From: an uncultured Gammaproteobacteria bacterium
Lineage (GTDB): Bacteria > Patescibacteriota > Microgenomatia > 2-02-FULL-39-11
Assembly: GCA_964544585.1 (NCBI GenBank)
Contig: CAZJBV010000001.1
Span: 45,330 to 109,329 of the forward strand
Length of the DNA stretch: 64,000 nucleotides
Direction: 5' to 3'
The position numbers were made by a program, and so were the translations under genes. The notes under the pieces are model-generated. The model searched no databases. It had not been told where the DNA came from and saw nothing but the letters and a program-made list of their open reading frames with translations. Below are positions 1-9,317 of this stretch, piece after piece (the stretch's first letter is position 1; every line of letters starts with the position of its first letter).

Positions 1-240
1 TTCGGCGGGAATGATTTTTTGATACAGACCCTCTTCCTGGGTTAAAGCCTTATTCATTGCTTTTTGAATTTCCTGCCAGGTGCCTTTACCGTTGAATTGA
101 CCTCTGATAAATACTTTTCCGATTTTTAATTTATTCATCCAGTAAGGGCATGGTACAATTTGGCCATTATCTAAATTGATATTTTCGTATTTTTTGACTA
201 TTTGGTTTAGAATATCAGATATTAAGGCTTTTGCGGTCAT
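1..240 (-). CDS. Partial CDS (N-terminal ~80 aa; gene continues past window start), hypothetical protein
   Basis: Minus-strand ATG at 238-240 (MTAKALISDILNQIVKKYENINL...); open frame runs to window edge; 10 nt downstream of the preceding minus-strand gene stop. Confidence 0.3.
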   Translation of the reverse strand, partial: MTAKALISDILNQIVKKYENINLDNGQIVPCPYWMNKLKIGKVFIRGQFNGKGTWQEIQKAMNKALTQEEGLYQKIIPAE

Positions 241-249
241 GCTTATATC

Positions 250-885
250 CTACCAGAAAAAAAGTGCAAGTAAACCAAGTGAAAGTCCCAAAAATGTTCC
301 TCCGATGACGTCTGATAGCCAATGTTCACCTAAAGAAATTCTACTGACAAAAACTATAATGAACAGGGCCAAGGTTGTCGAATAGGCTATTAGTCTGTAT
401 GTCTTATTTTTTATCCAGAGGCTTATAAGAAAGATAATAATTACAGCAAAAAAAGCAGTTCTACCTACATGACCTGAGGGGAAGGCATAATTTGTATGAA
501 TAAAACTCGATGGAAAGCGTAATATAAATGTATTACGAAGATACTCTTGAGGGGGCCCTGGATGATAGATGGCAATTTTGCCAATAAGCTCGATGATTGC
601 TATCAAAAAGAATAATAAAATAGAGCTAAATATTTTCTTTTCTTTTAAGAAAATTAATATAAATAGAAGACCAACATAGATGAGGGAAAATTCAAATGAC
701 TGAACTACCGAAAGAGTCGAGAAAAAGGGATCTATCCAGACTGGAATTTTTGCTTGGAGGGCTAAAGTTACGGCTGGGTCGATTGGGTTGAAAAGACCAG
801 AATTGACGATTATAACGGTGATAATAAATAGGAAAAAAGAGAAGGAACTTGCTAAAATAAGCTTTTTCTTTGGGGTAGAAGTCAT
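250..885 (-). CDS. PAP2-family membrane phosphatase (undecaprenyl-diphosphatase/phosphatidic acid phosphatase type 2-like)
   Basis: Multi-TM ORF with PAP2 signature motifs PSGH (AFPSGHVGRT) and SRxxxxxHxxxD (SRISLGEHWLSD). Confidence 0.7.
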   Translation of the reverse strand: MTSTPKKKLILASSFSFFLFIITVIIVNSGLFNPIDPAVTLALQAKIPVWIDPFFSTLSVVQSFEFSLIYVGLLFILIFLKEKKIFSSILLFFLIAIIELIGKIAIYHPGPPQEYLRNTFILRFPSSFIHTNYAFPSGHVGRTAFFAVIIIFLISLWIKNKTYRLIAYSTTLALFIIVFVSRISLGEHWLSDVIGGTFLGLSLGLLALFFW

Positions 886-890
886 TAATT

Positions 891-1442
891 TTACCTTTCA
901 ATTGTAAAATATTGGCCTTTGGGAATATAATTTTTAATTTTATAATCGTAGTTGAATTTTTTATTATCGAGAAAGGCCTTCAGAATAACCATTGGGTCTC
1001 CATGCGATACAGCCAGTACGGTTCTACCAGGATATTTTTTCGTAATTAATCTTACGAATTTTAGCATTCTATTTTTTATCGACTCTGGTGATTCGATACC
1101 TTTTCTCTGCCACAATTTAGTATAAAATATTGGTTCAATAAATTTATGAAAATACTCAGTATTTATACTTTCGACGGGGCGACTATCAACTTCGATGAGA
1201 AGTCTCGTTATGATTGGTTTTTTATCTAAAAATTTGCCAATTAGATTTGCCGTTTGTTTGGTGCGAAGTAAGGGGCTCGTAAATATTATGTCGATGCTTT
1301 CATTCTGAAGTTTTTTAGCAATGTCTTTGATATCTTTTATTCCTTTTGTCGATAAGGGAAATCCGGAAAGTCTTCCGTAAACTTGCTTTTCTGGATTTTC
1401 CACCTCTCCATGACGAAGAAAGATAATTTTAGTTTTCGGCAT
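891..1442 (-). CDS. Histidine phosphatase superfamily (phosphoglycerate-mutase-like) protein
   Basis: N-terminal IIFLRHGE motif (RHG catalytic His) and overall size typical of the PGM/histidine phosphatase family. Confidence 0.6.
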   Translation of the reverse strand: MPKTKIIFLRHGEVENPEKQVYGRLSGFPLSTKGIKDIKDIAKKLQNESIDIIFTSPLLRTKQTANLIGKFLDKKPIITRLLIEVDSRPVESINTEYFHKFIEPIFYTKLWQRKGIESPESIKNRMLKFVRLITKKYPGRTVLAVSHGDPMVILKAFLDNKKFNYDYKIKNYIPKGQYFTIER

Positions 1443-2544
1443 TAAATAAACTAATTAATTTTTCTGCTGTCTTATTCCAAGTATACATTTTACTTATTTT
1501 TTCCCCAAACTTACCCATAGAAATTCTGAGATTATTGTCTTTGACAAGTCTGTCTAAACTATTCATAAGCTCACCTTTATCTCCAGGAGTAAAAAGATAG
1601 CCATTTTTTCCTTGCCTTATAATTTCTGGGAGTCCACCAACCCTGGAAGCAATAACAGGAAGACCGCACGACATGGCCTCAAGAGAAGTCAGGCCAAAAG
1701 TCTCGGCAAAGGATGGAATTATCAAGATATCTGCAGCGGTATAAAATTTAGGCAAAATTTTATAGGGAATGGCACCAAAAAATTTGATATACTCCGACTT
1801 TTCCTGAATAAGATTATTTCCCTCACCGACGATTACAAGTCTTGTGTCATAGTTTGTGCTACTATTCCATTTTTTATATACCGATAAAAGAAAGTTTATT
1901 CCTTTTATTTTTTCTGTTCTGCCGACAAAAAGAAGGATAAGGGGTGAAAGTGGCAGACCCACTTCGAGCCTTATATTTATTTTATTTTGGGGAAAAAATT
2001 GTTGATGATTGACTCCGGGGTAAATTATATGTATTTTATTTTTGGCATTTCCATAATATTTTTCTAAAATTTTTGTTTCATATTTTGAAAGAGGAATAAT
2101 TTTATCTGCAGAATCAAATACTTTTTTTTCGCTTGTAAATCTTTGTGGGTCGCGACCTTCGAATCCTTCCTTGATTTTAGAAAGAGAGTGGAATGTGTGA
2201 TATAAGGGGATGCCAAATTTTTTCTTTAGTTCTATTCCAACACAACCTGATAAATAATAATGGCTATAGAAAAAATCATATTTCTTGTTTTTCTTGTTTA
2301 TGTAATCGGCGATTTCTGTTGAAGTTTGTAAACTGTTTCGAAGATGAATTAAATGAATATTTTTGTCAATTAAGCTGACTTCATGGGTGTTTTGGTGAGA
2401 GCAAGTAAACACGTCTACTTCGATTTCTTTTTGGGATAGTTTTTTTATTAGATTGCGGATAAATATGCTCATGCCGCCGTTTTTGCCAAATCCAACCGTA
2501 GATAAAGGACACGACCAAGTGGAAATAAAGGCGATAGACGTCAT
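1429..2544 (-). CDS. GT4-family glycosyltransferase
   Basis: C-terminal GT-B motif EAMSCGLPVIASRVGGLPEII, ~370 aa, typical GT4 architecture. Confidence 0.7.
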   Translation of the reverse strand: MTSIAFISTWSCPLSTVGFGKNGGMSIFIRNLIKKLSQKEIEVDVFTCSHQNTHEVSLIDKNIHLIHLRNSLQTSTEIADYINKKNKKYDFFYSHYYLSGCVGIELKKKFGIPLYHTFHSLSKIKEGFEGRDPQRFTSEKKVFDSADKIIPLSKYETKILEKYYGNAKNKIHIIYPGVNHQQFFPQNKINIRLEVGLPLSPLILLFVGRTEKIKGINFLLSVYKKWNSSTNYDTRLVIVGEGNNLIQEKSEYIKFFGAIPYKILPKFYTAADILIIPSFAETFGLTSLEAMSCGLPVIASRVGGLPEIIRQGKNGYLFTPGDKGELMNSLDRLVKDNNLRISMGKFGEKISKMYTWNKTAEKLISLFNAEN

Positions 2545-3902
2545 TTGTTGAGTTTTTCTATGAATTCCTCTTCTTCTTTGGCTAACTGTTCATCGAGATC
2601 CGCAAGTCGATTCTCTTCATCGGTCAGCCAAAGATTGTTTTTCATTTTGTCAAGTATACGGGTGGCATTGGCCTTTCTTTGATAAAGAGAATCGAGTAAT
2701 TTTTGTAAGTCGTCTTTATCTACAGAATCATTTTCTTTGAGGCTTTCCCAGGATGGAATGACTTCATTTAATTTGTCGACGAGTTTTTGCCATGATTCTA
2801 TTGTATCTTTTGAATAATTGGGCGGTTTGTAACCTCCAAAGTGAATAACGATTGCTTGCACGGGACAGGCATTTATTTCTCCCAATACTACACCGATGCC
2901 AATATCCTGATACTGTCTATCAATAGCAATTTTTTTAGTTTCCGGAAATTGAAAAATATTTTCCAGAAGTTCTTCTTCGTCATAATAACCTTGGGAAACG
3001 GTTTCGGCAAAAAGTATATTTTTGTAACCGCTACTTTTTACAGCGTCTTCTAGCGTATACCCACTTTGAGTTGCCTCGATGGAAAAATCATTGGTTTGAA
3101 TCATAATTTCGGCGCGGCTTTTGGCTGAACTGGCGAGGAGTTGGTTTGGTTTTAATTGTGGTACACCTTCTTCTACCCTTTTATTATTTAAAAGGGAAAC
3201 AAAGTTTTGGGTATTTAAGGTAACTTGGTGGGCGGTATTCCCATCCATATCGGTATTGCGCCATAGCTTTTTGTACTCATCCTGCTCTTGAAATGGTAAA
3301 AAATGGAGAACATCTTTAATATTGACGAGACTTAGCTCATGTCGGGAGTCGAGACTAGCTTTTCTGTTGTCGCCCATAACGAAGATTTGGCCATCGAGCA
3401 CTGTCAGTTTTTTGCAATCTGCCAAAAATGAGCCTCCGAATGTGGAGCGAGGTTTGGCAGTATAAGGCTCTTTAATCAGCTGACCATTTCTATAGACAAA
3501 CCCGTCGCGAATTTCGATGGTATCACCGGGAAGACCAATAATTCTTTTAACGAATCCGGCTTTTTCTCCATATTTTTCTGTGCTGATTTTGTCTGTTGTG
3601 GCATTTTCAAAATCAACGATATCCCCAAAAGACAGATTTTGGGGGAAAAGATGAAGGCCTAATATATTTATACCTCCCGGATACGTCTTTACTTTAGGCC
3701 AAGCGACTGTATTTCTGGCATTTGTAACATCATTGTCACTAGTACCTTTGGGGAATGTGGGATACATGGATCCTGTGCCGGCTATTCTTATTTCGTCTTT
3801 GACTATACCTATATTTCGTAAAATCCCGCGTAAAGTGGCTGCGTTCAGACCAATTACTAGGGCGATGAGTAGAGTGCAAACTGCGAGAATAATTTTTTTC
3901 AT
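2541..3902 (-). CDS. lepB: Signal peptidase I (S26) with ~250-aa C-terminal extension ending in a coiled-coil
   Basis: N-terminal TM anchor; S26 boxes GSMYPTFPKG (Ser nucleophile) and GDNRKASLDSR; long extra C-terminal domain not present in canonical LepB. Confidence 0.65.
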   Translation of the reverse strand: MKKIILAVCTLLIALVIGLNAATLRGILRNIGIVKDEIRIAGTGSMYPTFPKGTSDNDVTNARNTVAWPKVKTYPGGINILGLHLFPQNLSFGDIVDFENATTDKISTEKYGEKAGFVKRIIGLPGDTIEIRDGFVYRNGQLIKEPYTAKPRSTFGGSFLADCKKLTVLDGQIFVMGDNRKASLDSRHELSLVNIKDVLHFLPFQEQDEYKKLWRNTDMDGNTAHQVTLNTQNFVSLLNNKRVEEGVPQLKPNQLLASSAKSRAEIMIQTNDFSIEATQSGYTLEDAVKSSGYKNILFAETVSQGYYDEEELLENIFQFPETKKIAIDRQYQDIGIGVVLGEINACPVQAIVIHFGGYKPPNYSKDTIESWQKLVDKLNEVIPSWESLKENDSVDKDDLQKLLDSLYQRKANATRILDKMKNNLWLTDEENRLADLDEQLAKEEEEFIEKLNK

Positions 3903-3912
3903 CTAAGAGATA

Positions 3913-4992
3913 CTAGTTATATCTTAGCACCAGGGAGAGAAGTGATTCCACATCCTCTAATGAATGTTGGGGGAAATTGGCAATTCTTATTTGTTTGTCT
4001 TTGAAATCTTTGTAACCACTTCCGACTATATAGCCTTTTTCTTTTAAATAATTAAGAATTTGTTTTGAACCTCCGGCTATATTTAAGACTGCGACTGTAA
4101 GGGATCTAAATCTTTCCTCTTTGACGAATGGTGTAAACTTGTTATTTTTTTGTGTTAAGTAATAAATTTTTCTTGCTTTTATTATAGTTTCTTTACGGAT
4201 TGCGTTTAATCCTTTTTTATTCATGTCTTGGCAAACTTTTCCGAAAAGATAAATATTTAAGACATTTGGAGTTTCTGGAGTTTCATTTTTTTCATAATAT
4301 TTTAAATAATTTTCAAAAGAGTGATATGATCCTTGGGAAGTTTTTTTCTTTTTGACGGACATTGCCCTATTGATGACGTTGGGTTTGAGAATAAGTACGC
4401 CAAGGCCTGCCGGAAGTCCAAATCCCTTTTGCACGGAGAAAAAAACACAGTCGATCAGGGAAAAATCTACATTCACAAATGGAGCCGATGAGACGATATC
4501 CAGGGCAATAAGAGACTTTGGGAATCTTTTTTGGAAAGAATAAATATCTTCCATCGGAATCATGACGCCTGTCGAAGTTTCGTTTTGGGTAAAACAGGCG
4601 ATTTCAAAATTTATTGGAATTTTTAATTTATTAAAATCAAAGCCTTCCCCCATAGGTACTTCTATTTTTTTAGTATTGATGCTGAGACTTGTGGCGACCT
4701 TATAGAAAAGATTTGAAAATGAGCCGTTGACAAAATGGAGGCTATCTTTGATAACTAAATTTTCGATTATCCGCTCCATAGCTTCGGTAGCGGAAGATAA
4801 AAAAAAGACATAATGGCCTTTTGGAACCCGATACAGTTTTTTAAATTGGGCGATGGCACCTGAATAAATTTCATGAAATTTGTCTCCCCTATGGGAAATT
4901 GAGGGAATATTTAATGCTAGCGCTTCCTTAATATAACGATTTACAGTGGGATAGAGTTGGGAGGGGCCGGGAGTAAAGAAGATCTTTTTCAT
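3913..4992 (-). CDS. serC: Phosphoserine aminotransferase (class V aminotransferase)
   Basis: N-terminus MKKIFFTPGPSQLYPTV typical of SerC; ~360 aa; adjacent to serB-serA fusion. Confidence 0.7.
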   Translation of the reverse strand: MKKIFFTPGPSQLYPTVNRYIKEALALNIPSISHRGDKFHEIYSGAIAQFKKLYRVPKGHYVFFLSSATEAMERIIENLVIKDSLHFVNGSFSNLFYKVATSLSINTKKIEVPMGEGFDFNKLKIPINFEIACFTQNETSTGVMIPMEDIYSFQKRFPKSLIALDIVSSAPFVNVDFSLIDCVFFSVQKGFGLPAGLGVLILKPNVINRAMSVKKKKTSQGSYHSFENYLKYYEKNETPETPNVLNIYLFGKVCQDMNKKGLNAIRKETIIKARKIYYLTQKNNKFTPFVKEERFRSLTVAVLNIAGGSKQILNYLKEKGYIVGSGYKDFKDKQIRIANFPQHSLEDVESLLSLVLRYN

Positions 4993-6912
4993 TTAATATA
5001 AGACTCTTAATTTGATGGTTTCGGGCATTTTTTTCAACGCATCTATGACGTCTTGTTGATATGTTTTATTTACATCGGTGATGACATAACCAATATATTC
5101 ATTGGTTTTGAGGTATTGACCCTCGATATTGATCTTATGCTCGGCGAGTAAACTATTAATTTTGGCTAAAACTCCAGGAACATTTTGATGTATGTGAATT
5201 AACCTGTGAGCATTTTTTAGTTCTGGGAGTTGAAGATTGGGGAAATTGAGACTGAGAGTAGTATTACCTGTATTTATATAATTTATTACTTTTTCGGGAA
5301 CAAATTTTCCCATATGAGCTTGGGCTTCTTCTGATCGACCGCCAATATGTGGCGTAAGAATGACATTTTCTAGATTTTGCAGCGGTGAAGAAAAAGGCTC
5401 CGTATTACTTTTGGGTTCTTTGGGAAAAACGTCGAGTCCGGCGCCAAGAATTTTTCCTGTTTTGATATATTTTATCAGTGCATTTATATCTACGATGTGT
5501 CCCCTACTGGTGTTGACCAAAATTGCACCTTCTTTCATTAAACGAAACTCTTTTTCGGAAATTAAATTTGTATTTTCCTTTCTTCCATCCATATGGAGGG
5601 TGATGACGTCTGCAGTTTGCAGTAATTCTTTTAATGATTTACAAGGTTTGGCATTGCCAAGTGGAAGCCTCTCAATAATGTCATAAAAATAGACTTCCAT
5701 GCCAAGCATTTCGGCCAGGATGGAAACTTGAGAACCAATATTGCCATAGCCAATGATGCCCAATTTTTTGCCTTTTACTTCGTGGCAATTTTTAGCGCTT
5801 TTATCCCAGATGCCTTTGTGCATTTTGACGCTTTTTTCAAAGGTTCTTCTATAGAGCAAAATTATCTCTCCGATGACCAATTCAACGACACTTCTGGTAT
5901 TACTAAATGGTGCATTAAAAACAATAATTCCTTTTTGGGCACATGCAGCAAGATTTATATTGTTGACGCCTATACCGAACCGAGCTACGGCCATTAATTT
6001 GGGTGAATTTTCAGCTATTAATTGAGTAATTTGGGTCCGAGAACCTATACCAACAACGTGTATGTCTTTTAAATTGTCGAAGAGTTCCTCTTCATCAATA
6101 GACTGGGGTAATGATTCTACTTGATATCCCTCTTTTTTAAATGCATCATAGGCATTTTTATGAATATTTTCTAAAAGAAGTACTTTAATTCTATTTTTGG
6201 GATATGAAAGGGCTCTGGGCATACGCATAATATACAAGAACTCGTCGAGATTTGGAAGAAGATAATCTGCTTTGTTGGCAACGCTTTCTCTTCTAATATT
6301 CTCGCTGAAGAGAAAAAATTTGTCTGCAGATCCTTCCTTTTTTATTTCGTAGTCTGTGAAGCCGTCGCCAATTGCATAGATTGTTCCTTTTAAATTAAGC
6401 GTTTTTATCCTTTTAAACTTTCCTCCTTTTTGGGAAAGAAGATTTTTTCTATCAAAACCTTTGATTTGGTCTTTTTTGTTAAAGATAAATTCATTTGCCA
6501 GGATGTGATTTTCCTTTATGCCAAATAGTTTGAAGATGGGAGCTATATATTCTTTAAATCCGCCCGAAATAATAAAAATGTTATCTTTGTATTGTTTGAA
6601 AAATTCTTTATTTCTTATAATCGATGGGGTAATATTTTTCCTTAGAATTTTAATCAATTTGGCTATATGGTTTTTATTGGCATTAAATAATTTAATTCTT
6701 TTCTCCAGTGAAGTATCAAATGGAATCTTACCCGTCATCCCCTGATTGGTAAAATCTCGTATTTTTTCCATGATTTCCGCTTTCTTGGGATTTTCTTCCA
6801 GCGATATTTCTGCCAGTTTCTCTAATGATTCGATTTTGATGAAAGTACTATCGAAATCGATAATAAAAAAGAGATTGTGACTTTTCATTGGGAGGATTAT
6901 AATGCAAATCAA
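4993..6912 (-). CDS. Fusion protein: phosphoserine phosphatase (HAD, SerB-like) + D-3-phosphoglycerate dehydrogenase with C-terminal ACT domain (SerA)
   Basis: HAD motifs DFDST, GDGFTD at N-terminus; 2-hydroxyacid dehydrogenase NAD fold GIIGYGNIGSQV...; ACT-like C-terminus; probable real start at MKSHNLFF (about 6888). Confidence 0.7.
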   Translation of the reverse strand: MICIIILPMKSHNLFFIIDFDSTFIKIESLEKLAEISLEENPKKAEIMEKIRDFTNQGMTGKIPFDTSLEKRIKLFNANKNHIAKLIKILRKNITPSIIRNKEFFKQYKDNIFIISGGFKEYIAPIFKLFGIKENHILANEFIFNKKDQIKGFDRKNLLSQKGGKFKRIKTLNLKGTIYAIGDGFTDYEIKKEGSADKFFLFSENIRRESVANKADYLLPNLDEFLYIMRMPRALSYPKNRIKVLLLENIHKNAYDAFKKEGYQVESLPQSIDEEELFDNLKDIHVVGIGSRTQITQLIAENSPKLMAVARFGIGVNNINLAACAQKGIIVFNAPFSNTRSVVELVIGEIILLYRRTFEKSVKMHKGIWDKSAKNCHEVKGKKLGIIGYGNIGSQVSILAEMLGMEVYFYDIIERLPLGNAKPCKSLKELLQTADVITLHMDGRKENTNLISEKEFRLMKEGAILVNTSRGHIVDINALIKYIKTGKILGAGLDVFPKEPKSNTEPFSSPLQNLENVILTPHIGGRSEEAQAHMGKFVPEKVINYINTGNTTLSLNFPNLQLPELKNAHRLIHIHQNVPGVLAKINSLLAEHKINIEGQYLKTNEYIGYVITDVNKTYQQDVIDALKKMPETIKLRVLY

Positions 6913-6925
6913 TTTATAAAAAAAT

Positions 6926-8014
6926 ATGGCTTCTTATAAAATTGCTGTTATACCTGGAGATGGGGTCGGGCAAGAAGTTTCCCAAGAGGCAATTAAAATT
7001 TTAAAAGCTGTCTCTAAAAAATACGCATTTAATGTAAGACTTAATACATTTGACTGGGGTTGTGACTATTATTTGAAAAATGGGAAAATGATGCCTCCCG
7101 ATGCTCTGGAAATTTTGAAGCCGTTTGAGGCAATATTTTTAGGGTGTATTGGGGATAGTAAAAAAGTTCCTGATCATATTGCTTTGACTTTACTGCTTAA
7201 GATTAGAAAAGGTTTTGATCAGTATGTAAACTTGAGGCCGATCAAACTCTATCGGGGAGTTACATCTGTTGTTAACACTGCTTTGCCTGAAACTATCGAT
7301 ATGATTGTAGTCCGAGAAAACACAGAGGGTGAATATTCTTCTACTGGAGGTTTTTTTAAAAAAGATACCCCCGACGGATTTGCAATACAAACAAGCATAT
7401 TTACACGAAGGGGATGCGAAAGAGTGATGCGCTATGCTTTTGAGCTGGCTCGCAAAAGAAAAAAATTTGGCCGAAAAAAACCTTTTGGGATGGTAACTAA
7501 CTGTACAAAATCGAATGCTTTAAATTATTCGATGGTGTTTTGGGATTCTGTTTATCAAAAAGTTTCTAAAGATTATTCGGATATTAAAACAGATATGGCT
7601 TTGGTTGATGCATTATGTATGTGGCTAGTTAAAAATCCCGGATATTTTGACGTGATTGTGGCATCAAATCTGTTTGGGGATATAATTACTGATTTGGGGG
7701 CTATGCTCCAAGGAGGGATGGGGTTTGCTGCTGGTGGAAATATAAATCCGGAAAAAGTTTATCCCTCGATGTTTGAACCAATTCATGGATCGGCGCCTAA
7801 ATATGCTGGTAAATCGATTGTCAATCCGATTGCATCAATTGAAGCTATCCGAATGATGCTTGAACATATTGGAGAAGAAAAGGCGGCAGACGATATCCAA
7901 AAATCTGTAGAAAAAGTTTTAATTGAGGGTAAAGTAAAAACTGCCGATATGGGAGGAAAAAATAAAACTTACGAAATGGGTGATGTTATAAAAAAGGCTC
8001 TACTTTCAGGTTAG
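6926..8014 (+). CDS. Isopropylmalate/tartrate dehydrogenase family (LeuB/TtuC-like) decarboxylating dehydrogenase
   Basis: N-terminal KIAVIPGDGVGQEV and C-terminal HGSAPKYAGK motifs of the IDH/IMDH family; 362 aa. Confidence 0.7.
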   Translation: MASYKIAVIPGDGVGQEVSQEAIKILKAVSKKYAFNVRLNTFDWGCDYYLKNGKMMPPDALEILKPFEAIFLGCIGDSKKVPDHIALTLLLKIRKGFDQYVNLRPIKLYRGVTSVVNTALPETIDMIVVRENTEGEYSSTGGFFKKDTPDGFAIQTSIFTRRGCERVMRYAFELARKRKKFGRKKPFGMVTNCTKSNALNYSMVFWDSVYQKVSKDYSDIKTDMALVDALCMWLVKNPGYFDVIVASNLFGDIITDLGAMLQGGMGFAAGGNINPEKVYPSMFEPIHGSAPKYAGKSIVNPIASIEAIRMMLEHIGEEKAADDIQKSVEKVLIEGKVKTADMGGKNKTYEMGDVIKKALLSG

Positions 8015-8218
8015 GGAAAAAAAACCTTCCAGATTAAAAAAATGATAACCACAACAAGTATAATCCCCAACCAAAAAGGTAAAAATGTCAAAAAAAGAAG
8101 AAAAAGACCTAAAGCTATAAGTGCAAGAAGGATTTTGGGGAAATTAATGGTCATTTGATTTCTATATTAAGAGTTCGAAATTCAGTTGTCAATGGTTTGA
8201 AATTTTTATCTTAGTTCT

Positions 8219-8245
8219 GGATAGTGGCATTTTTTCCATTTTTTA
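8219..8245 (+). repeat. Intergenic repeat copy 1 (ggatagtggcattttttccatttttta)
   Basis: 24 bp identical to 13579..13602; core GGATAGTGGCA also at 9103 and 10730. Confidence 0.85.
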
Positions 8246-8260
8246 AAACTTTCCACCTTT

Positions 8261-8689
8261 TTAATCTTTGTCTTTTAGAATGGTCAGAAAATCGTTGGGA
8301 GTAACCAGTGTTATTCCTTCATAGGAACTACCAATCTTTCTCATGAGTGGACCATCTCCGGTCACCAAATAATCTACTTGTGCACTTAATGCTGTCGCCA
8401 AGGTAAGATCGTCTTCAGGATGTGTAGCGACTCCTTCAATTTTGACTATTATGGGAGTAATGGTAGCTTCATTTTGTAATAATTCAATAAAAGATATTAC
8501 CTCGTTTGGGCTGACCCGCTGTTGGAAATATGGTTTTTGAAGTGTTCGGGTTAATTCAACCAAAATGTGTTCTGAAACCACAAGATTAAATTGTCCGTCT
8601 CTCCAAGCATCAAGTATTTGACCCGGAGGAGTTGAGGTGGTTAGTGTGCCGGATGCTAAGATATTGGTATCTAATACTGCGAAAACCAT
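8261..8689 (-). CDS. vapC: PIN-domain toxin (VapC-like)
   Basis: MVFAVLDTNIL N-terminus and LVTGD acidic motif typical of PIN nucleases; 4 nt from upstream antitoxin gene. Confidence 0.7.
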   Translation of the reverse strand: MVFAVLDTNILASGTLTTSTPPGQILDAWRDGQFNLVVSEHILVELTRTLQKPYFQQRVSPNEVISFIELLQNEATITPIIVKIEGVATHPEDDLTLATALSAQVDYLVTGDGPLMRKIGSSYEGITLVTPNDFLTILKDKD

Positions 8690-8692
8690 GCA

Positions 8693-8995
8693 TTAATTAC
8701 GATTATCACTTACTCGTTTTTCTTTTCTTACTTCACTAAGTGCATTGTTTACCTCTTTTGCTATCTCTTGTGGAGGAACATTTTTAAATGCTTCCCGGAT
8801 TCGATCTAAAACTTTGAATCGTTCTCTACGCTGTTTCTCAAGCTGTGTAAATCTTTCTAAATCTTCTGCTGATATAACAGCTGCCACCGGAATACCACTC
8901 TTTTTTACCACGACTCTGGTCTGTCCACGAAATATTTTATTAAGCAGTTGGCTCCATTGTTGTCTCACGTCTGAAGATTTCATTGTTTGAGTCAT
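8693..8995 (-). CDS. Phd/YefM-family antitoxin
   Basis: 100 aa; RQQWSQLLNKI...GQTRVVVKKSGIPVAAVISAEDLERF matches Phd/YefM fold; immediately upstream of PIN gene. Confidence 0.65.
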   Translation of the reverse strand: MTQTMKSSDVRQQWSQLLNKIFRGQTRVVVKKSGIPVAAVISAEDLERFTQLEKQRRERFKVLDRIREAFKNVPPQEIAKEVNNALSEVRKEKRVSDNRN

Positions 8996-9100
8996 ATTTA
9001 TACCTCCTGTTCGTACATATTAGTACGAAACTGTACGAAAGTCAAGCTTCGAGTTAGATTATTTGTGTAACAAATTAATAGAGCAATTTTTATTCGAGAT

Positions 9101-9114
9101 CAGGATAGTGGCAA
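9101..9114 (+). repeat. Intergenic repeat copy 2 (caggatagtggcaa)
   Basis: core GGATAGTGGCA. Confidence 0.7.
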
Positions 9115-9124
9115 CGTTTTCTGT

Positions 9125-9304
9125 TTAATTGATCTTCTTTTCCCTGTCATTGTTGATCTTTTTTATTCTTTCTTCAAAATGCTTTCCGTACATGGTACAA
9201 CCTTCTGTTCCGCATTTTATCAAGCCATTTTTATATCTTTCCTCTGAAATTTCTGCATGGCATGTACCAGTACAGACATAAACTTTAGTCATTTTGGAAT
9301 TCAT
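9125..9304 (-). CDS. Small zinc-ribbon protein (59 aa), not in supplied ORF track
   Basis: Manual translation MNSKMTKVYVCTGTCHAEISEERYKNGLIKCGTEGCTMYGKHFEERIKKINNDREKKIN: two Cys pairs CTGTC...CGTEGC; sits between antitoxin and ATPase genes. Confidence 0.3.
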   Translation of the reverse strand: MNSKMTKVYVCTGTCHAEISEERYKNGLIKCGTEGCTMYGKHFEERIKKINNDREKKIN

Positions 9305-9317
9305 ATTAATATGTATT

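Noticed and set aside
176-385. Plus-strand 69-aa ORF
   Set aside because: It is antisense to the well-supported PAP2 gene and to the partial upstream gene, and it has no motif support.
8011-8154. 47-aa hydrophobic minus-strand ORF (MTINFPKILLALIALGLFLLF…) convergent with the LeuB-like gene
   Set aside because: It could be a small membrane peptide, but it sits in an AT-rich tail region with 4-nt overlap of the opposite gene's stop and no RBS. That is too weak to call.
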